From the IMG/VR virus record IMGVR_UViG_3300032240_001531, positions 15,409-79,408 of that record: a stretch of DNA of 64,000 nucleotides; one strand, 5' to 3'. Numbering within the stretch: position 1 is the stretch's first letter; every line of letters starts with the position of its first letter. The notes beneath the pieces were generated by a model. That model worked only from the letters and a program-made list of their open reading frames with translations. It was not told where the DNA came from and searched no databases. The stretch comes from a virus (taxonomy: Duplodnaviria > Caudoviricetes). Below are positions 1 to 9,210 of this stretch, in pieces. The translations under genes were made by a program, and so were the position numbers.

Positions 1-144
1 CCATTGGATATCAATTCGGAACAACGTACACTCACGGCTCAAGAAATTGCAGCCATGCCGATGAACGAATATGCACAATATCGTCAACGTCTTCTAAGCG
101 ATAAAGCTCGAGGACGCGGACAGGGTTTGTTCGGGAACCCATAA
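1..144 (+). CDS. 3' end of probable capsid scaffolding protein (partial)
   Basis: Open frame PLDINSEQRTLTAQEIAAMPMNEYAQYRQRLL...GLFGNP* directly upstream of the major capsid gene; tail resembles scaffold C-termini. Confidence 0.6.
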   Translation, partial: PLDINSEQRTLTAQEIAAMPMNEYAQYRQRLLSDKARGRGQGLFGNP

Positions 145-181
145 AACTAATAACGTCAATTTAATTTAGGAGCCCACACAA

Positions 182-1270
182 ATGGCATCAGGTATTACGG
201 GAACCGGCAATTTAGCTGCCGCCCCAACCTCGTACTCCGGTACAAACACCCAGCTAACTCAGGCGATTCAGCAAATCTGGTCAAAGGAAATACTTTTCCA
301 GGCTATGCCGATTCTTCGCTTTGAGCAGTTCGCAGTTAAGAAGACAGAACTTGGTGTTGCACCAGGTCTTCAGATTAACTTCCTGCGTTACAACAACCTA
401 GGCTTCGCTTCGGCGCTTGTTGAAGGTGTTCGTATGCAGACCAACGCACTAACAGCACAGCAGTTCTCAATCACAGTATCAGAGCACGGCTACGCACTTG
501 CAGTTTCAGAGCTATTGCTAAACGCATCTTTCGATGACGTTATGGCTTCAGCTTCTCGTCTGCTTGGACGTAACATGGCTCTATACCTAGACAAGCTAAG
601 CCGCGACACTTTGTACGGTGCAACATCTCAAATCTGGGGTGAAGACCGCACAAACATGACCGCTATCACTAACGGAACTGGTAACTTCAACCAGTACGGT
701 TATGGTACAAACGGTTCAAGCAACGCTGGTATGACTGGTAACTATCACTTGACTCCACGTACCGTTAAGGACGCAGTCGAGAACCTATCAACTAAGAACA
801 TTCCAAGACTAGGCGAAACCTATGTTGCATTCGTTCACCCTCACCAGTCACGTCGTCTACGCGACACTGCTGAGTTCATCGAAGTAACTAAGTACGCTGC
901 TCCTGGTAACTTCATGCTAGGTGAAATCGGTCGTCTATATGACACCGTGTTCATCGAAACAACACAGGTCCGTAAGGTAACTAACGGTGCTGGTTCTGGT
1001 TGGACTGTTGACACAGCTGTTTCTAACCCAGTTCCTGCTGCCGGTGGTGGTTACGTAGCTCCTGCTGAATGGACCGGTAACGGTAACCAGGACCGCTATG
1101 ACGCTATCTTCATTGGAGATAACGCATTCGGACACGCTATCTCACTTCCAGTTGAGCTTCGTGACGGTGGTATTCTAGACTTCGGTCGTGAACACGCACT
1201 AGCATGGTACTCGATTTTCGGTCTAGGTCTAATCACTGACCAGGCTGTAATCGTAGCTTCAACAAACTAA
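182..1270 (+). CDS. Major capsid protein, N4-gp56 family
   Basis: 362 aa, AGGAG SD, strongly biased codons, motifs LRFEQFAVKKTEL, YVAFVHPHQ, GEIGRL, DFGREHALAWY; followed by a terminator. Confidence 0.9.
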   Translation: MASGITGTGNLAAAPTSYSGTNTQLTQAIQQIWSKEILFQAMPILRFEQFAVKKTELGVAPGLQINFLRYNNLGFASALVEGVRMQTNALTAQQFSITVSEHGYALAVSELLLNASFDDVMASASRLLGRNMALYLDKLSRDTLYGATSQIWGEDRTNMTAITNGTGNFNQYGYGTNGSSNAGMTGNYHLTPRTVKDAVENLSTKNIPRLGETYVAFVHPHQSRRLRDTAEFIEVTKYAAPGNFMLGEIGRLYDTVFIETTQVRKVTNGAGSGWTVDTAVSNPVPAAGGGYVAPAEWTGNGNQDRYDAIFIGDNAFGHAISLPVELRDGGILDFGREHALAWYSIFGLGLITDQAVIVASTN

Positions 1271-1278
1271 TTGTGCTA

Positions 1279-1304
1279 GGGGGGTCAGCAATGGCCCCCC
1301 TTTT
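1279..1304 (+). terminator. Intrinsic terminator after capsid gene
   Basis: GGGGGGTCA-GCAA-TGGCCCCCC then TTTT. Confidence 0.85.
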
Positions 1305-1346
1305 ACAACCCCCGCAATACCGAGACACTAATTAGGAGAATACCCC

Positions 1347-1715
1347 GTGGCAACACAAAAAAAACCGGCAGACTTTACAGGTCGCCAAAGAGATGCCCTT
1401 GTCGCACAGCAGCTAGAGGACCAGGCAAGTCGTGCAAACGAACTTGCTATGGCTACCGCAGAAGCTGCTCGTAAAGTAGAGACAGAAGTCATCGACGCTA
1501 CAGTGCCTAACAGGCCACAGCCAATCCTTTTGGATGAAGTTGTTAAGAGCGAAGATAAGGCTGCAACAGTCACTATTAGAGTATCTGATGATATTGAAGG
1601 TATGACCTTCGGTCCTGGAAACTACTACAACTTTAAAGCAGGTCAGAAGTATGAAGTTACTCCAGAACTAGCAGCTCATCTTGAGCTAAAGGGTTACGTA
1701 TCAGCAAGATACTAA
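1347..1715 (+). CDS. Hypothetical head-associated protein
   Basis: 122 aa, AGGAG SD, GTG start, position after capsid gene. Confidence 0.6.
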   Translation: MATQKKPADFTGRQRDALVAQQLEDQASRANELAMATAEAARKVETEVIDATVPNRPQPILLDEVVKSEDKAATVTIRVSDDIEGMTFGPGNYYNFKAGQKYEVTPELAAHLELKGYVSARY

Positions 1716-1731
1716 ACACTACTTCAGATGG

Positions 1732-1762
1732 GGCAGCGGGCTTAGTGCCCGCTGTTTCGTTT
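1732..1762 (+). terminator. Intrinsic terminator
   Basis: GGCAGCGGGC-TTAGT-GCCCGCTGTT then T-rich tail. Confidence 0.75.
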
Positions 1763-1826
1763 ATCCAGACTTTTTGTACGTTCTAAGTCATTATAGAAGT
1801 GACTCATTTGTTAGGTTGGGCTTAAT

Positions 1827-3098
1827 ATGGCTACTCTTGCAGACCTTATCTCTAAGGTTCGTACTGAAATTAACGACCAAGCTAAACAGTTTACTAAAAC
1901 TTTTACTGGCGATGGCGTTACCAATACTTTTAATTTGGGCGTGCACCCTGTTGATTCCACAACTCTTTTAGTCAAAGACAACAGCACTACTCTTCTTAAC
2001 CCTGCTGATTACACAGTAGAAACTGTGTATGGAGTTATTCACACTACTACTGCTCCTGCTTCTGGGCATACATTGACCGTAAGCGGAAATGTTTATAGAT
2101 ACTTCTCAGATGATGAGATTACAAACTTTGTTAACACTGCTGTTTTACAGCACACAGCGAACCGCACAGACTCCTTTGGAAGCGCTATAACCATAGCTAC
2201 CTTACCGGAGATAGAAGTTTATCCCTTGGTCGTTCTATGCACCGTAGAAGCCCTATTTGCCCTAGCTACGGACGCTTCCTACGATATTAACATTAATGCT
2301 CCTGATGGCGTATCTATTCCTCGCGGTCAACGTTTTCAGCAAATGAGTTCGCTGATTAATCAGCGTATGGAACACTATAAAAGCATTTGTGCTGCTCTTA
2401 ACATTGGCCTATGGCGAATTGAGATAGGAACCCTACGTCGCGTGAGCCGTACTACTAATAAGCTTGTTCCAGTATATATGCCGCAGGAAGTAGATGATTC
2501 AAGAGCACCTGAGCGCGTCTATATGCAGAATGACCTTAATGGTAGAACTGTTATAGCATCTACTGCTACTACTCTTGATTTGCAGGCATATCAAGGCGAT
2601 ACCTTTACTAAGACTATTACTCTTCCAAACACTGTCACTATGACTAGCTCTGCGGGAGTTACAGCTAACGTAGCGGCTAATACTAATATCACTATTCCAA
2701 CTAACTCTTCTATTACAGTTGGCATGAATGTTTCAGCAACTGGCGGAACAATTACTACATTCCCTACGGGAGTGACTGTTACTAAAGTGGTTAACTCTAC
2801 GACTATCTGGCTAAGCGCTGCCATAAATATTTCTGGAACTAAGCTTAATTACATTGACCAAACACTCGCTTCTCAGATTAGGACTTACCCAAACTCACCT
2901 ACGTTATGGGCAACCTTTACTATTGCTATCGTAGACGCGGCTGCAAGAACTGTAAGCCTGTCTTTGGCTGGTTCAGTTACTACAACTCTTCCAGTTCGTA
3001 CGTTTTGGGATATTCAAGGAACTTCAACTTCTACAAGTGCTGTTACTACGTATTTTAAAGGCCAGGTCTTTACCGACCAGCAGGCTACGATTGTATAG
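1827..3098 (+). CDS. Head-tail adaptor (neck) protein with accessory beta domains
   Basis: MATLADLISKVRTEIND...FSDDEI adaptor-like helical core interrupted by Thr-rich beta inserts; position after capsid gene. Confidence 0.65.
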   Translation: MATLADLISKVRTEINDQAKQFTKTFTGDGVTNTFNLGVHPVDSTTLLVKDNSTTLLNPADYTVETVYGVIHTTTAPASGHTLTVSGNVYRYFSDDEITNFVNTAVLQHTANRTDSFGSAITIATLPEIEVYPLVVLCTVEALFALATDASYDININAPDGVSIPRGQRFQQMSSLINQRMEHYKSICAALNIGLWRIEIGTLRRVSRTTNKLVPVYMPQEVDDSRAPERVYMQNDLNGRTVIASTATTLDLQAYQGDTFTKTITLPNTVTMTSSAGVTANVAANTNITIPTNSSITVGMNVSATGGTITTFPTGVTVTKVVNSTTIWLSAAINISGTKLNYIDQTLASQIRTYPNSPTLWATFTIAIVDAAARTVSLSLAGSVTTTLPVRTFWDIQGTSTSTSAVTTYFKGQVFTDQQATIV

Positions 3099-3173
3099 TT
3101 CAGGCTCAATTAACTTGGCTTTTGCCGTAAAATTAAACAAGGTTCACGCTTTAACCGATAATTTAGGAATAAA

Positions 3174-6056
3174 ATGACCGTAAATAACCCTCAGTTAGAC
3201 CCTACCAATAAGCTACGCGTTACGCAGCCACAGGCGCTTATTGATACCGACTTCGAGTATGGTACTCAGGTATCTAAGTGGGAGAACTTAGCTTTAACTA
3301 ATAACCGCCCATACGCATACCCAAGCGCCCCTATTACAATTACTGAAGTTAAAGTTGACCCAAGCTCTACTGATAAAACTTTAGTAACAGTTTCTAGTTC
3401 TACGACAGTAGCTGTAAACTCAATTATTATTGTGACTGATACACTTTTGCCAGCTGCTAATGGTACTTTCACAGTAACTGCTAGCTCAGCAGGTACATCA
3501 TTTTCTTACAAGATGAAGACTGCAAGCGCAACTAGCAACTACTCTATCTATGATGCTAATAAAACTGCTGTTTCAACAGCAACTTTGTACACAGGCGCTC
3601 AAATCGGTACAGACCTTACACAAGCGGCTTTTTCTACAACTGGTTCTGACGGGTCTTCAAAGATTACTGTAACTACTTCACACCCTCACGGTCTTTCTAT
3701 TGGTAATGAGATTGCAGTTACTGCTACTGGAGCAACGGCAGGACTTACAGGTTCTTTTGTAGTTTCTCAAGTAATTAACGCTACCCAATTTAATTATTTT
3801 GCCCGTGTTCAGGTAGCCTCTGTGGGTACGTTTAGCGATGGCCGTATTTATGTTCGTCCACAGGCACAGTTCTTACACCGCCCTGCTGATGGTGGAGTTA
3901 TTTTTACAAGTAATGGTCAGTCTTCTTGGCAGTCTGCTGCTCGTCAGACTCGTCGTTATTTCCGATACCAGTCGGGTAAAGGTATTCAGATTTCATCTGG
4001 TACTATTCTTAAACCTAACTTCCAGGCCGATTCTTTAAAATATGTTCAGTCAACTGGGCTAATTACAGTTACTACAAAAGATCAACACAACTTGCAGACT
4101 GTACCACCAGACGCTACTGTCACAATTTACGGCGCTAATGAAGCAGGTTTTAATGGCACTTTCCAAATTACCAGCGTTACTTCAGCTAGCACTTTTACAA
4201 TAACTCCAGCTGTTGGAACATTTACTGCTGATACTACTGCTTCAGGAAACTTCTACGTTTCTACATCAGGTTGGTGGGGAGCTAAAAACCGCCTGGGTAT
4301 ATTTGACCAGCAGAACGGTCTTTTCTTTGAATTTGACGGTCAAACTCTTTATGTTGTTCGCCGTAGCTCTACTTATCAGATTGCTGGTCGTGTAAACGTT
4401 ACCAATGGTAGCACTACTGTTAGCGCAACCACTGTAGTTAATAACGCGTTCAATGAAACGCTGTTTTCTAAGCAATTAACCCCAGGTGACTTTATTGTTA
4501 TTAAAGGCCAATCATATCGTGTTGAAGGAATTACAGACGATAAGAACATGGTTATTTCTCCGGCATACCGTGGCACAACTGCTACTGCTGTTATGGTTTC
4601 AAAAACTGTTGATGTACGCGTACCTCAGTCACAGTGGAACTTGGACAGAATGGATGGAACTGGCTCCAATGGAACTAACGGAAGTAGCCCAACTGCTCCT
4701 TCTGGCTACACACTTGACCTTACAAAAATGCAAATGTTCTACATTGATTACTCATGGTATGGTGCAGGATTTATTCGTTGGGGACTTCGCGGCACCGATG
4801 GTGACGTGACCTATGTACACAAAATGGCTAATAATAACGTAAATGCTGAAGCATATATGCGTTCTGGTAACTTGCCTGGTCGTTATGAAAGCGCCACTAT
4901 TCCGCCAGTAACTACTGCTACAACTAACATTGTTTCTACCGATACTGTGATTAACGTAGCCGATACTAGTTTATTCCCATCATCAGGTGTTCTAGCAATT
5001 AAGCAGTATACAAGCGCTACGGCTGCAAAAATTGAACACGTTTACTACTCAAGTAAAACCGCTACTTCTTTCAACATCCCGGTTTACAACGCTACTGCGG
5101 GTACTCCACTAGGTCGTGCTGGTTCAGGAGCTACTTTAACCACAACTACTTTTGGTTCTGGAGCAACTGCTAACCGTATTACAGTTCCTACCGCTAACTT
5201 GGCTAACGTTCAAATTGGTATGCGCTTAACTTCGGCAGGAACTCCTAGCGGTGGTACTGCAAACGTATTTAATGAATATACTTACATTACTGGCTTAGAT
5301 ACTGTTAATGGCTATATCTATACAAGCCAAACTCCATTGGTAACTACTTCTAATACTGTAGTAACAGCTATTCCTATGAGTGCAACTACTCCGCAGGCGT
5401 TTACTTACGCGTCTACTCAGCCTATTGCTATAGAATTGGCTTACCCTACTTTGGCTCCTACAATTAGCCACTGGGGTACTTCAGTGATTATGGATGGCCG
5501 TTTTGATGATGACAAGTCTTTGCTATTTACTTATGGTCAAATTACAAAAACAACAATTGCCGCCAACGCAACAAATGCGCTTATGTCAATTCGTGTTGCC
5601 CCTTCTGTAGATAACGGTACTGTTGGTGCTTTTGGTTCTAGAGAGCTATTAAACCGTATGCAGTTGGTTCTTCGTGCTCTAGATATTTCACTACTGACTA
5701 CCGCTAGTAACATTCTAGTAACAGCTGTTCTTAATGGTGTTCCGGGCTCTGCTGTAGCATGGAATGCAATTGGTACAGGTACGTCAAGTTTGGCGCAAAT
5801 TGCTGATTACGCAGGAACTACAGTTACAGTTACTGGTGGTGAAACTACTGGTGGATTCTTCGTATCAACTACTGGTAGCGTAGACCTATCACTAGTCCGT
5901 GACCTTGGTAACTCCATGCTTGGTGGTGGAAGCGCAAACTCAAATTCTGGTATTTATCCGGATGGTCCAGATACGTTAACTATTTTGGTTAAAAACCTTG
6001 GTGGTGCAAACGTTGACGTAGTAGGCCGTCTATCTTGGACTGAAGCTCAGGCGTAA
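3174..6056 (+). CDS. Large virion structural protein (neck/head fibre or appendage) with repeated beta-barrel modules
   Basis: 960 aa, Thr/Ser/Gly-rich; repeated HGLxxG...NGTFxVT modules around a lectin-like core (YFRYQSGKG, MFYIDYSWYGAG). Confidence 0.6.
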   Translation: MTVNNPQLDPTNKLRVTQPQALIDTDFEYGTQVSKWENLALTNNRPYAYPSAPITITEVKVDPSSTDKTLVTVSSSTTVAVNSIIIVTDTLLPAANGTFTVTASSAGTSFSYKMKTASATSNYSIYDANKTAVSTATLYTGAQIGTDLTQAAFSTTGSDGSSKITVTTSHPHGLSIGNEIAVTATGATAGLTGSFVVSQVINATQFNYFARVQVASVGTFSDGRIYVRPQAQFLHRPADGGVIFTSNGQSSWQSAARQTRRYFRYQSGKGIQISSGTILKPNFQADSLKYVQSTGLITVTTKDQHNLQTVPPDATVTIYGANEAGFNGTFQITSVTSASTFTITPAVGTFTADTTASGNFYVSTSGWWGAKNRLGIFDQQNGLFFEFDGQTLYVVRRSSTYQIAGRVNVTNGSTTVSATTVVNNAFNETLFSKQLTPGDFIVIKGQSYRVEGITDDKNMVISPAYRGTTATAVMVSKTVDVRVPQSQWNLDRMDGTGSNGTNGSSPTAPSGYTLDLTKMQMFYIDYSWYGAGFIRWGLRGTDGDVTYVHKMANNNVNAEAYMRSGNLPGRYESATIPPVTTATTNIVSTDTVINVADTSLFPSSGVLAIKQYTSATAAKIEHVYYSSKTATSFNIPVYNATAGTPLGRAGSGATLTTTTFGSGATANRITVPTANLANVQIGMRLTSAGTPSGGTANVFNEYTYITGLDTVNGYIYTSQTPLVTTSNTVVTAIPMSATTPQAFTYASTQPIAIELAYPTLAPTISHWGTSVIMDGRFDDDKSLLFTYGQITKTTIAANATNALMSIRVAPSVDNGTVGAFGSRELLNRMQLVLRALDISLLTTASNILVTAVLNGVPGSAVAWNAIGTGTSSLAQIADYAGTTVTVTGGETTGGFFVSTTGSVDLSLVRDLGNSMLGGGSANSNSGIYPDGPDTLTILVKNLGGANVDVVGRLSWTEAQA

Positions 6057-6059
6057 TAT

Positions 6060-6593
6060 ATGAGAGCCTACACACCAGGTGGTAGGTTTGATTCTGATTT
6101 TGAATCAGACCAGATTAGCGAAGGCATCACAGCTGACCTCACTAACCCAGTAGGAACATCTGCTGAGTGGTGGAAGTTTGATGCCGCCAGTTCTGTCAAA
6201 GATACCATTTATGATGTTGAACCTATTGGCACTGGTCGTGTTTGGATTGGCCCTAAGACTATTTCTGTAATTAGAGCTAGTCTTACTCAAGGTTCTTCTT
6301 TGCTAAATGAGCGCGGTTTCTACAACGTAGATACTCTACACTTAACCCTAAATGTAGATGATGTTCAGGCAGTAGCCCCAGAAATCTTTACGAATATTGG
6401 CGTTATTACTTCCTCAGTAGACCTCTTGGATAAATACCGCGTTGTCTATAAGGGCGAAGTTTTTAGACCTACTAAAGCTCAGCCAGCAGGTTTAGTTGCT
6501 AACCGATATACTTTAGTAGTCATGGACCTTTCACAACTAGCTCCAGATGAGCTTGTTAATGATTCACAGTTCTTAAGTTACGCCCAACCATAG
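6060..6593 (+). CDS. Probable head closure/neck protein
   Basis: 177 aa beta-rich ORF in the neck module. Confidence 0.5.
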   Translation: MRAYTPGGRFDSDFESDQISEGITADLTNPVGTSAEWWKFDAASSVKDTIYDVEPIGTGRVWIGPKTISVIRASLTQGSSLLNERGFYNVDTLHLTLNVDDVQAVAPEIFTNIGVITSSVDLLDKYRVVYKGEVFRPTKAQPAGLVANRYTLVVMDLSQLAPDELVNDSQFLSYAQP

Positions 6594-6602
6594 GAGATAT
6601 AA

Positions 6603-6956
6603 ATGGCTAAAAAAGCAGCCGCAGCGGCACCATCAACACCGGAGTACTCGGATGAGACCCACGACATTGTGCCTATTGTAGACCACGCTAAAGACAAAGA
6701 AAAAGGCACTACCGCTATGCGAGGAGCTCCTCACGTAGATATTGCTAACCACATGGCTGAATTGGCTAAACAAGGTTATAAGACTACTCTTCGTTATGCC
6801 GCTATTCGTAAGCCTGGATACGCAACATCAGAAAAGTCTTCAATACCTAAGACTAGTGGTACTCCAGATGCTGCAAAGCCAGCACCTAAAAAAACTGCTG
6901 CTAAACCAGCCGCTAAGCCAGCTGCAAAGAAGGCAGCACCTAAGAAAGCTAAATAA
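6603..6956 (+). CDS. Hypothetical protein with histone H1-like Lys/Ala/Pro tail
   Basis: C-terminal AAKPAPKKTAAKPAAKPAAKKAAPKKAK; AGGAG SD. Confidence 0.7.
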   Translation: MAKKAAAAAPSTPEYSDETHDIVPIVDHAKDKEKGTTAMRGAPHVDIANHMAELAKQGYKTTLRYAAIRKPGYATSEKSSIPKTSGTPDAAKPAPKKTAAKPAAKPAAKKAAPKKAK

Positions 6957-7087
6957 TGCCTTTTAAGTCTAAAAAACAAGAAAAATGGATGTTTGCCACT
7001 AAGCCGGAAATGGCTAAGCGTTGGGCTAAAGAAACTCCTAACCAAAAATCTTTACCTAAAAAAGTAAACGTAAAGAAGAAGAAATGA
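6956..7087 (+). CDS. Small basic protein (43 aa)
   Basis: MPFKSKKQEKWMFATKPEMAKRWAKETP...; TAATG overlap upstream and ATGA overlap downstream; below ORF-track cutoff. Confidence 0.7.
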   Translation: MPFKSKKQEKWMFATKPEMAKRWAKETPNQKSLPKKVNVKKKK

Positions 7088-7197
7088 CTATCGACCTACC
7101 TTATTACACCGGAATACTACTTATTGTTGGATTAACTATTGTGTCTGTTGTAGCAATTATTGCTAAGGCAGTTGTTGAAGTAAAGAAGAGGAAGTAA
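7084..7197 (+). CDS. Small single-TM protein (37 aa)
   Basis: MTIDLPYYTGILLIVGLTIVSVVAIIAKAVVEVKKRK; start/stop overlaps on both sides. Confidence 0.6.
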   Translation: MTIDLPYYTGILLIVGLTIVSVVAIIAKAVVEVKKRK

Positions 7198-7412
7198 TGG
7201 CTAAAATAACTGCTTCTGGTAAAGCGCATAAAGTCACTAAAAAGAAAGTTGACAAAGGCGCTGGTAAAAAAGGCGATATTATTGTTGAGCAAAACAGCAA
7301 GACTGGTAAGAAGCAACGTATGAACCTTACTAAACTTGCTGGCTCAAAGACTGTTAAACAAGGCGTAAAAGCCACTAAGAAGTTTCACAAAGAACACCCG
7401 GAGATTAAATAA
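7197..7412 (+). CDS. Small basic protein (71 aa)
   Basis: Lys-rich, translationally coupled (TAATG). Confidence 0.7.
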   Translation: MAKITASGKAHKVTKKKVDKGAGKKGDIIVEQNSKTGKKQRMNLTKLAGSKTVKQGVKATKKFHKEHPEIK

Positions 7413-7585
7413 TGGCTAAAGAAAAGAAAGTCTGGGAAACACCAGACCCTACTAAAAAAGACAAGAAGCTGTCTTCGTCTAAAAAGTCCGCCGCTAAAGC
7501 CCGTGCTAAGGCTGCTGGTAGACCTTACCCTAATCTTGTAGACAATATGGCAGCTGCTAAAAAGAAGAAGAAGAAAAATGGCTAG
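7412..7585 (+). CDS. Small basic protein (57 aa)
   Basis: MAKEKKVWETPDP...AKARAKAAGRPYPNLVDNM; TAATG coupling. Confidence 0.7.
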   Translation: MAKEKKVWETPDPTKKDKKLSSSKKSAAKARAKAAGRPYPNLVDNMAAAKKKKKKNG

Positions 7586-7910
7586 TGAAGCATGGCAAAA
7601 AAAGTCTGGTAAAAACGCAAAAGGTGGCCTTAATGAAAAGGGCCGTAAATCCTATGAAAGAGCTAATCCTGGTTCTAACCTAAAAGCACCTGTAAAGTCT
7701 GGAGATAACCCGCGTAGGGCCTCTTTCTTGGCTCGTATGGCTGGTAACCCAGGTCCTGAACGTAAGCCTAATGGCGAGCCTACAAGGCTTCTATTATCGT
7801 TGCAAGCTTGGGGTGCTTCTTCTAAAGCTGACGCTAGAAAAAAAGCTGCGGCTATGTCTAAGCGCCTAGAAGGCAAAAAGAATGTTTCCAAAAAAACAAA
7901 ATCTAAATAA
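7578..7910 (+). CDS. Basic phage protein, DUF6321-like
   Basis: AWQKKSGKNAKGGLNEKGRKSY...RRASFLARM motif recalled from aquatic phage proteins. Confidence 0.6.
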   Translation: MASEAWQKKSGKNAKGGLNEKGRKSYERANPGSNLKAPVKSGDNPRRASFLARMAGNPGPERKPNGEPTRLLLSLQAWGASSKADARKKAAAMSKRLEGKKNVSKKTKSK

Positions 7911-8061
7911 GGCCGCTAAGGTAATGCGTAATATTGCTTCGGCTGAGCTGCATGAAAGTATGGGCAAATTTAAAACCGGTGGGCATAAAAACCCTGCTAC
8001 TAAAAGAGCTAGAACAAGATCGGCGGCTAAGAATAAAGCTGTTGAAGATTTTAAGGAGTAA
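7882..8061 (+). CDS. Small basic protein (59 aa)
   Basis: MFPKKQNLNKAAKVMRNIAS...KRARTRSAAKNKAVEDFKE fills the gap in a coupled series. Confidence 0.55.
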   Translation: MFPKKQNLNKAAKVMRNIASAELHESMGKFKTGGHKNPATKRARTRSAAKNKAVEDFKE

Positions 8062-8069
8062 GACCAATA

Positions 8070-8126
8070 ATGCCAGAGTGTAAATGTAATAATTGTAACT
8101 GTCGAAAGGACCAGCCTAATGGCTAA
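8070..8126 (+). CDS. Tiny Cys-rich peptide (18 aa)
   Basis: AAGGAG SD then MPECKCNNCNCRKDQPNG*. Confidence 0.4.
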   Translation: MPECKCNNCNCRKDQPNG

Positions 8127-8349
8127 ATCAAAAACTTGTAGTTGTGGTAAATGCTCTGCGTGTAAGGCAAAGAAGAAGCCTGCATTGGGACAAGGTGGCC
8201 GTTTCAAAGCCATTGAAAAAAAAGCTGCTGCTTCTGGCGCAAAGAACCCTGCTGCGGTCGCCGCTGCTGCTGGTATTAAGAAGTATGGCGAAAAAAAGAT
8301 GGTGAAGCTTGAACAAAAAGGCAAGCGCGACGCTAAGAAAGGCAAATAA
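8119..8349 (+). CDS. Small basic protein with CxCxxCxxC motif
   Basis: 76 aa, Lys/Ala-rich. Confidence 0.7.
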   Translation: MAKSKTCSCGKCSACKAKKKPALGQGGRFKAIEKKAAASGAKNPAAVAAAAGIKKYGEKKMVKLEQKGKRDAKKGK

Positions 8350-8351
8350 CC

Positions 8352-8591
8352 ATGGCAATGCACGCTAAAAAGAACGCAGCAAACAAGGGCAAGAACCCTT
8401 GGACCGGCTCAAAAGCTGATGAAAAAGCTGATAAGAAAGAAATGCAGGGCATGAGCCCTAAACAGAAAGCTGCTTTTAAGAAGGGTGACAAGAAGATGGA
8501 TGCAAAGATGCCATCTAAGAAGGCCGACATGAAGATGGACGCTGCTCTAGCCAAGAAGGTTAAGAAAACCGTTCCAGGAAAGAAGAAGTAA
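8352..8591 (+). CDS. Small Lys/Ala/Met-rich protein
   Basis: 79 aa, highly biased codons (AAG). Confidence 0.7.
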   Translation: MAMHAKKNAANKGKNPWTGSKADEKADKKEMQGMSPKQKAAFKKGDKKMDAKMPSKKADMKMDAALAKKVKKTVPGKKK

Positions 8592-8951
8592 ATGGCTGCA
8601 AATCCAAAGCCAACCCGTAAGAAAGCGGCAGTTACTACTAGGTCCGCTAGAACTCCTGACGGTAAAAAAGTTACCTATCAGACTAGTAAAACACAGAAAA
8701 CACCTGTTACTGGTCGAGGCGGGGGACCTGTACTAGATAAAGCAGGAAAGGGCAAAATGAGTATTGCTAAAGTTACTGGGAACTATGGTGAGGAACTGTT
8801 TTCTCTAAAAGGGGTAAAGACAAACTCTCAGATGAAGAAGGCTGTTAAGTCGGGTCAACTTCCTACAAGTGTGGCGGGCGAAGGCAAGGCAAAAGCACCT
8901 GCGGCTAAGTACGGAAAAGAAGGCCCTTCTTTTAAGAAAAAGAAGCCGTAA
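8592..8951 (+). CDS. Basic protein
   Basis: 119 aa Lys/Gly-rich; last ORF before a terminator. Confidence 0.7.
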   Translation: MAANPKPTRKKAAVTTRSARTPDGKKVTYQTSKTQKTPVTGRGGGPVLDKAGKGKMSIAKVTGNYGEELFSLKGVKTNSQMKKAVKSGQLPTSVAGEGKAKAPAAKYGKEGPSFKKKKP

Positions 8952-8964
8952 TAATTAAAAGTTT

Positions 8965-8991
8965 AGCCCCCTAACTGGGGGCTTTTCTTTT
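8965..8991 (+). terminator. Intrinsic terminator closing the basic-protein block
   Basis: AGCCCCC-TAACT-GGGGGCT then TTTCTTTT. Confidence 0.8.
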
Positions 8992-9063
8992 ATCCTAATA
9001 GTAGCCCTATGCGGGGGCTGATTTAAATTTGCGTTGTATATTGCTACTCCATTGGAGACTAAC

Positions 9064-9210
9064 ATGTCATCTATTGACAAGGACCCTAAGTCTAAGGTAT
9101 CTAAGCCTTCAGACAAAAAGTTCTTTTTAGGCTTTTTGGATGGCTTTCCAGACGACAAAAAATTATTGATTGCGCTTATTTTAAATAAATCGATGCGGCG
9201 TAAAAAATGA
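9064..9210 (+). CDS. Hypothetical protein (48 aa)
   Basis: GGAG SD, MSSIDKDPKSKVSKPSDKKFFLG..., ATGA overlap with next gene. Confidence 0.55.
   Translation: MSSIDKDPKSKVSKPSDKKFFLGFLDGFPDDKKLLIALILNKSMRRKK

Noticed and set aside
7866-8363. Long antisense or alternate-frame ORFs in the track (e.g. 7866-8363, 14416-14928, 59517-60071)
   Set aside because: Shadows of codon-biased sense genes with no SD or recognisable motifs
9000-9063. GCTGATTTAA...TTG in the leader resembles the SAM-II/SAM-V riboswitch loop
   Set aside because: No P1 3' strand or A-rich pseudoknot partner follows; only a short AGCCC/GGGCT hairpin is supported
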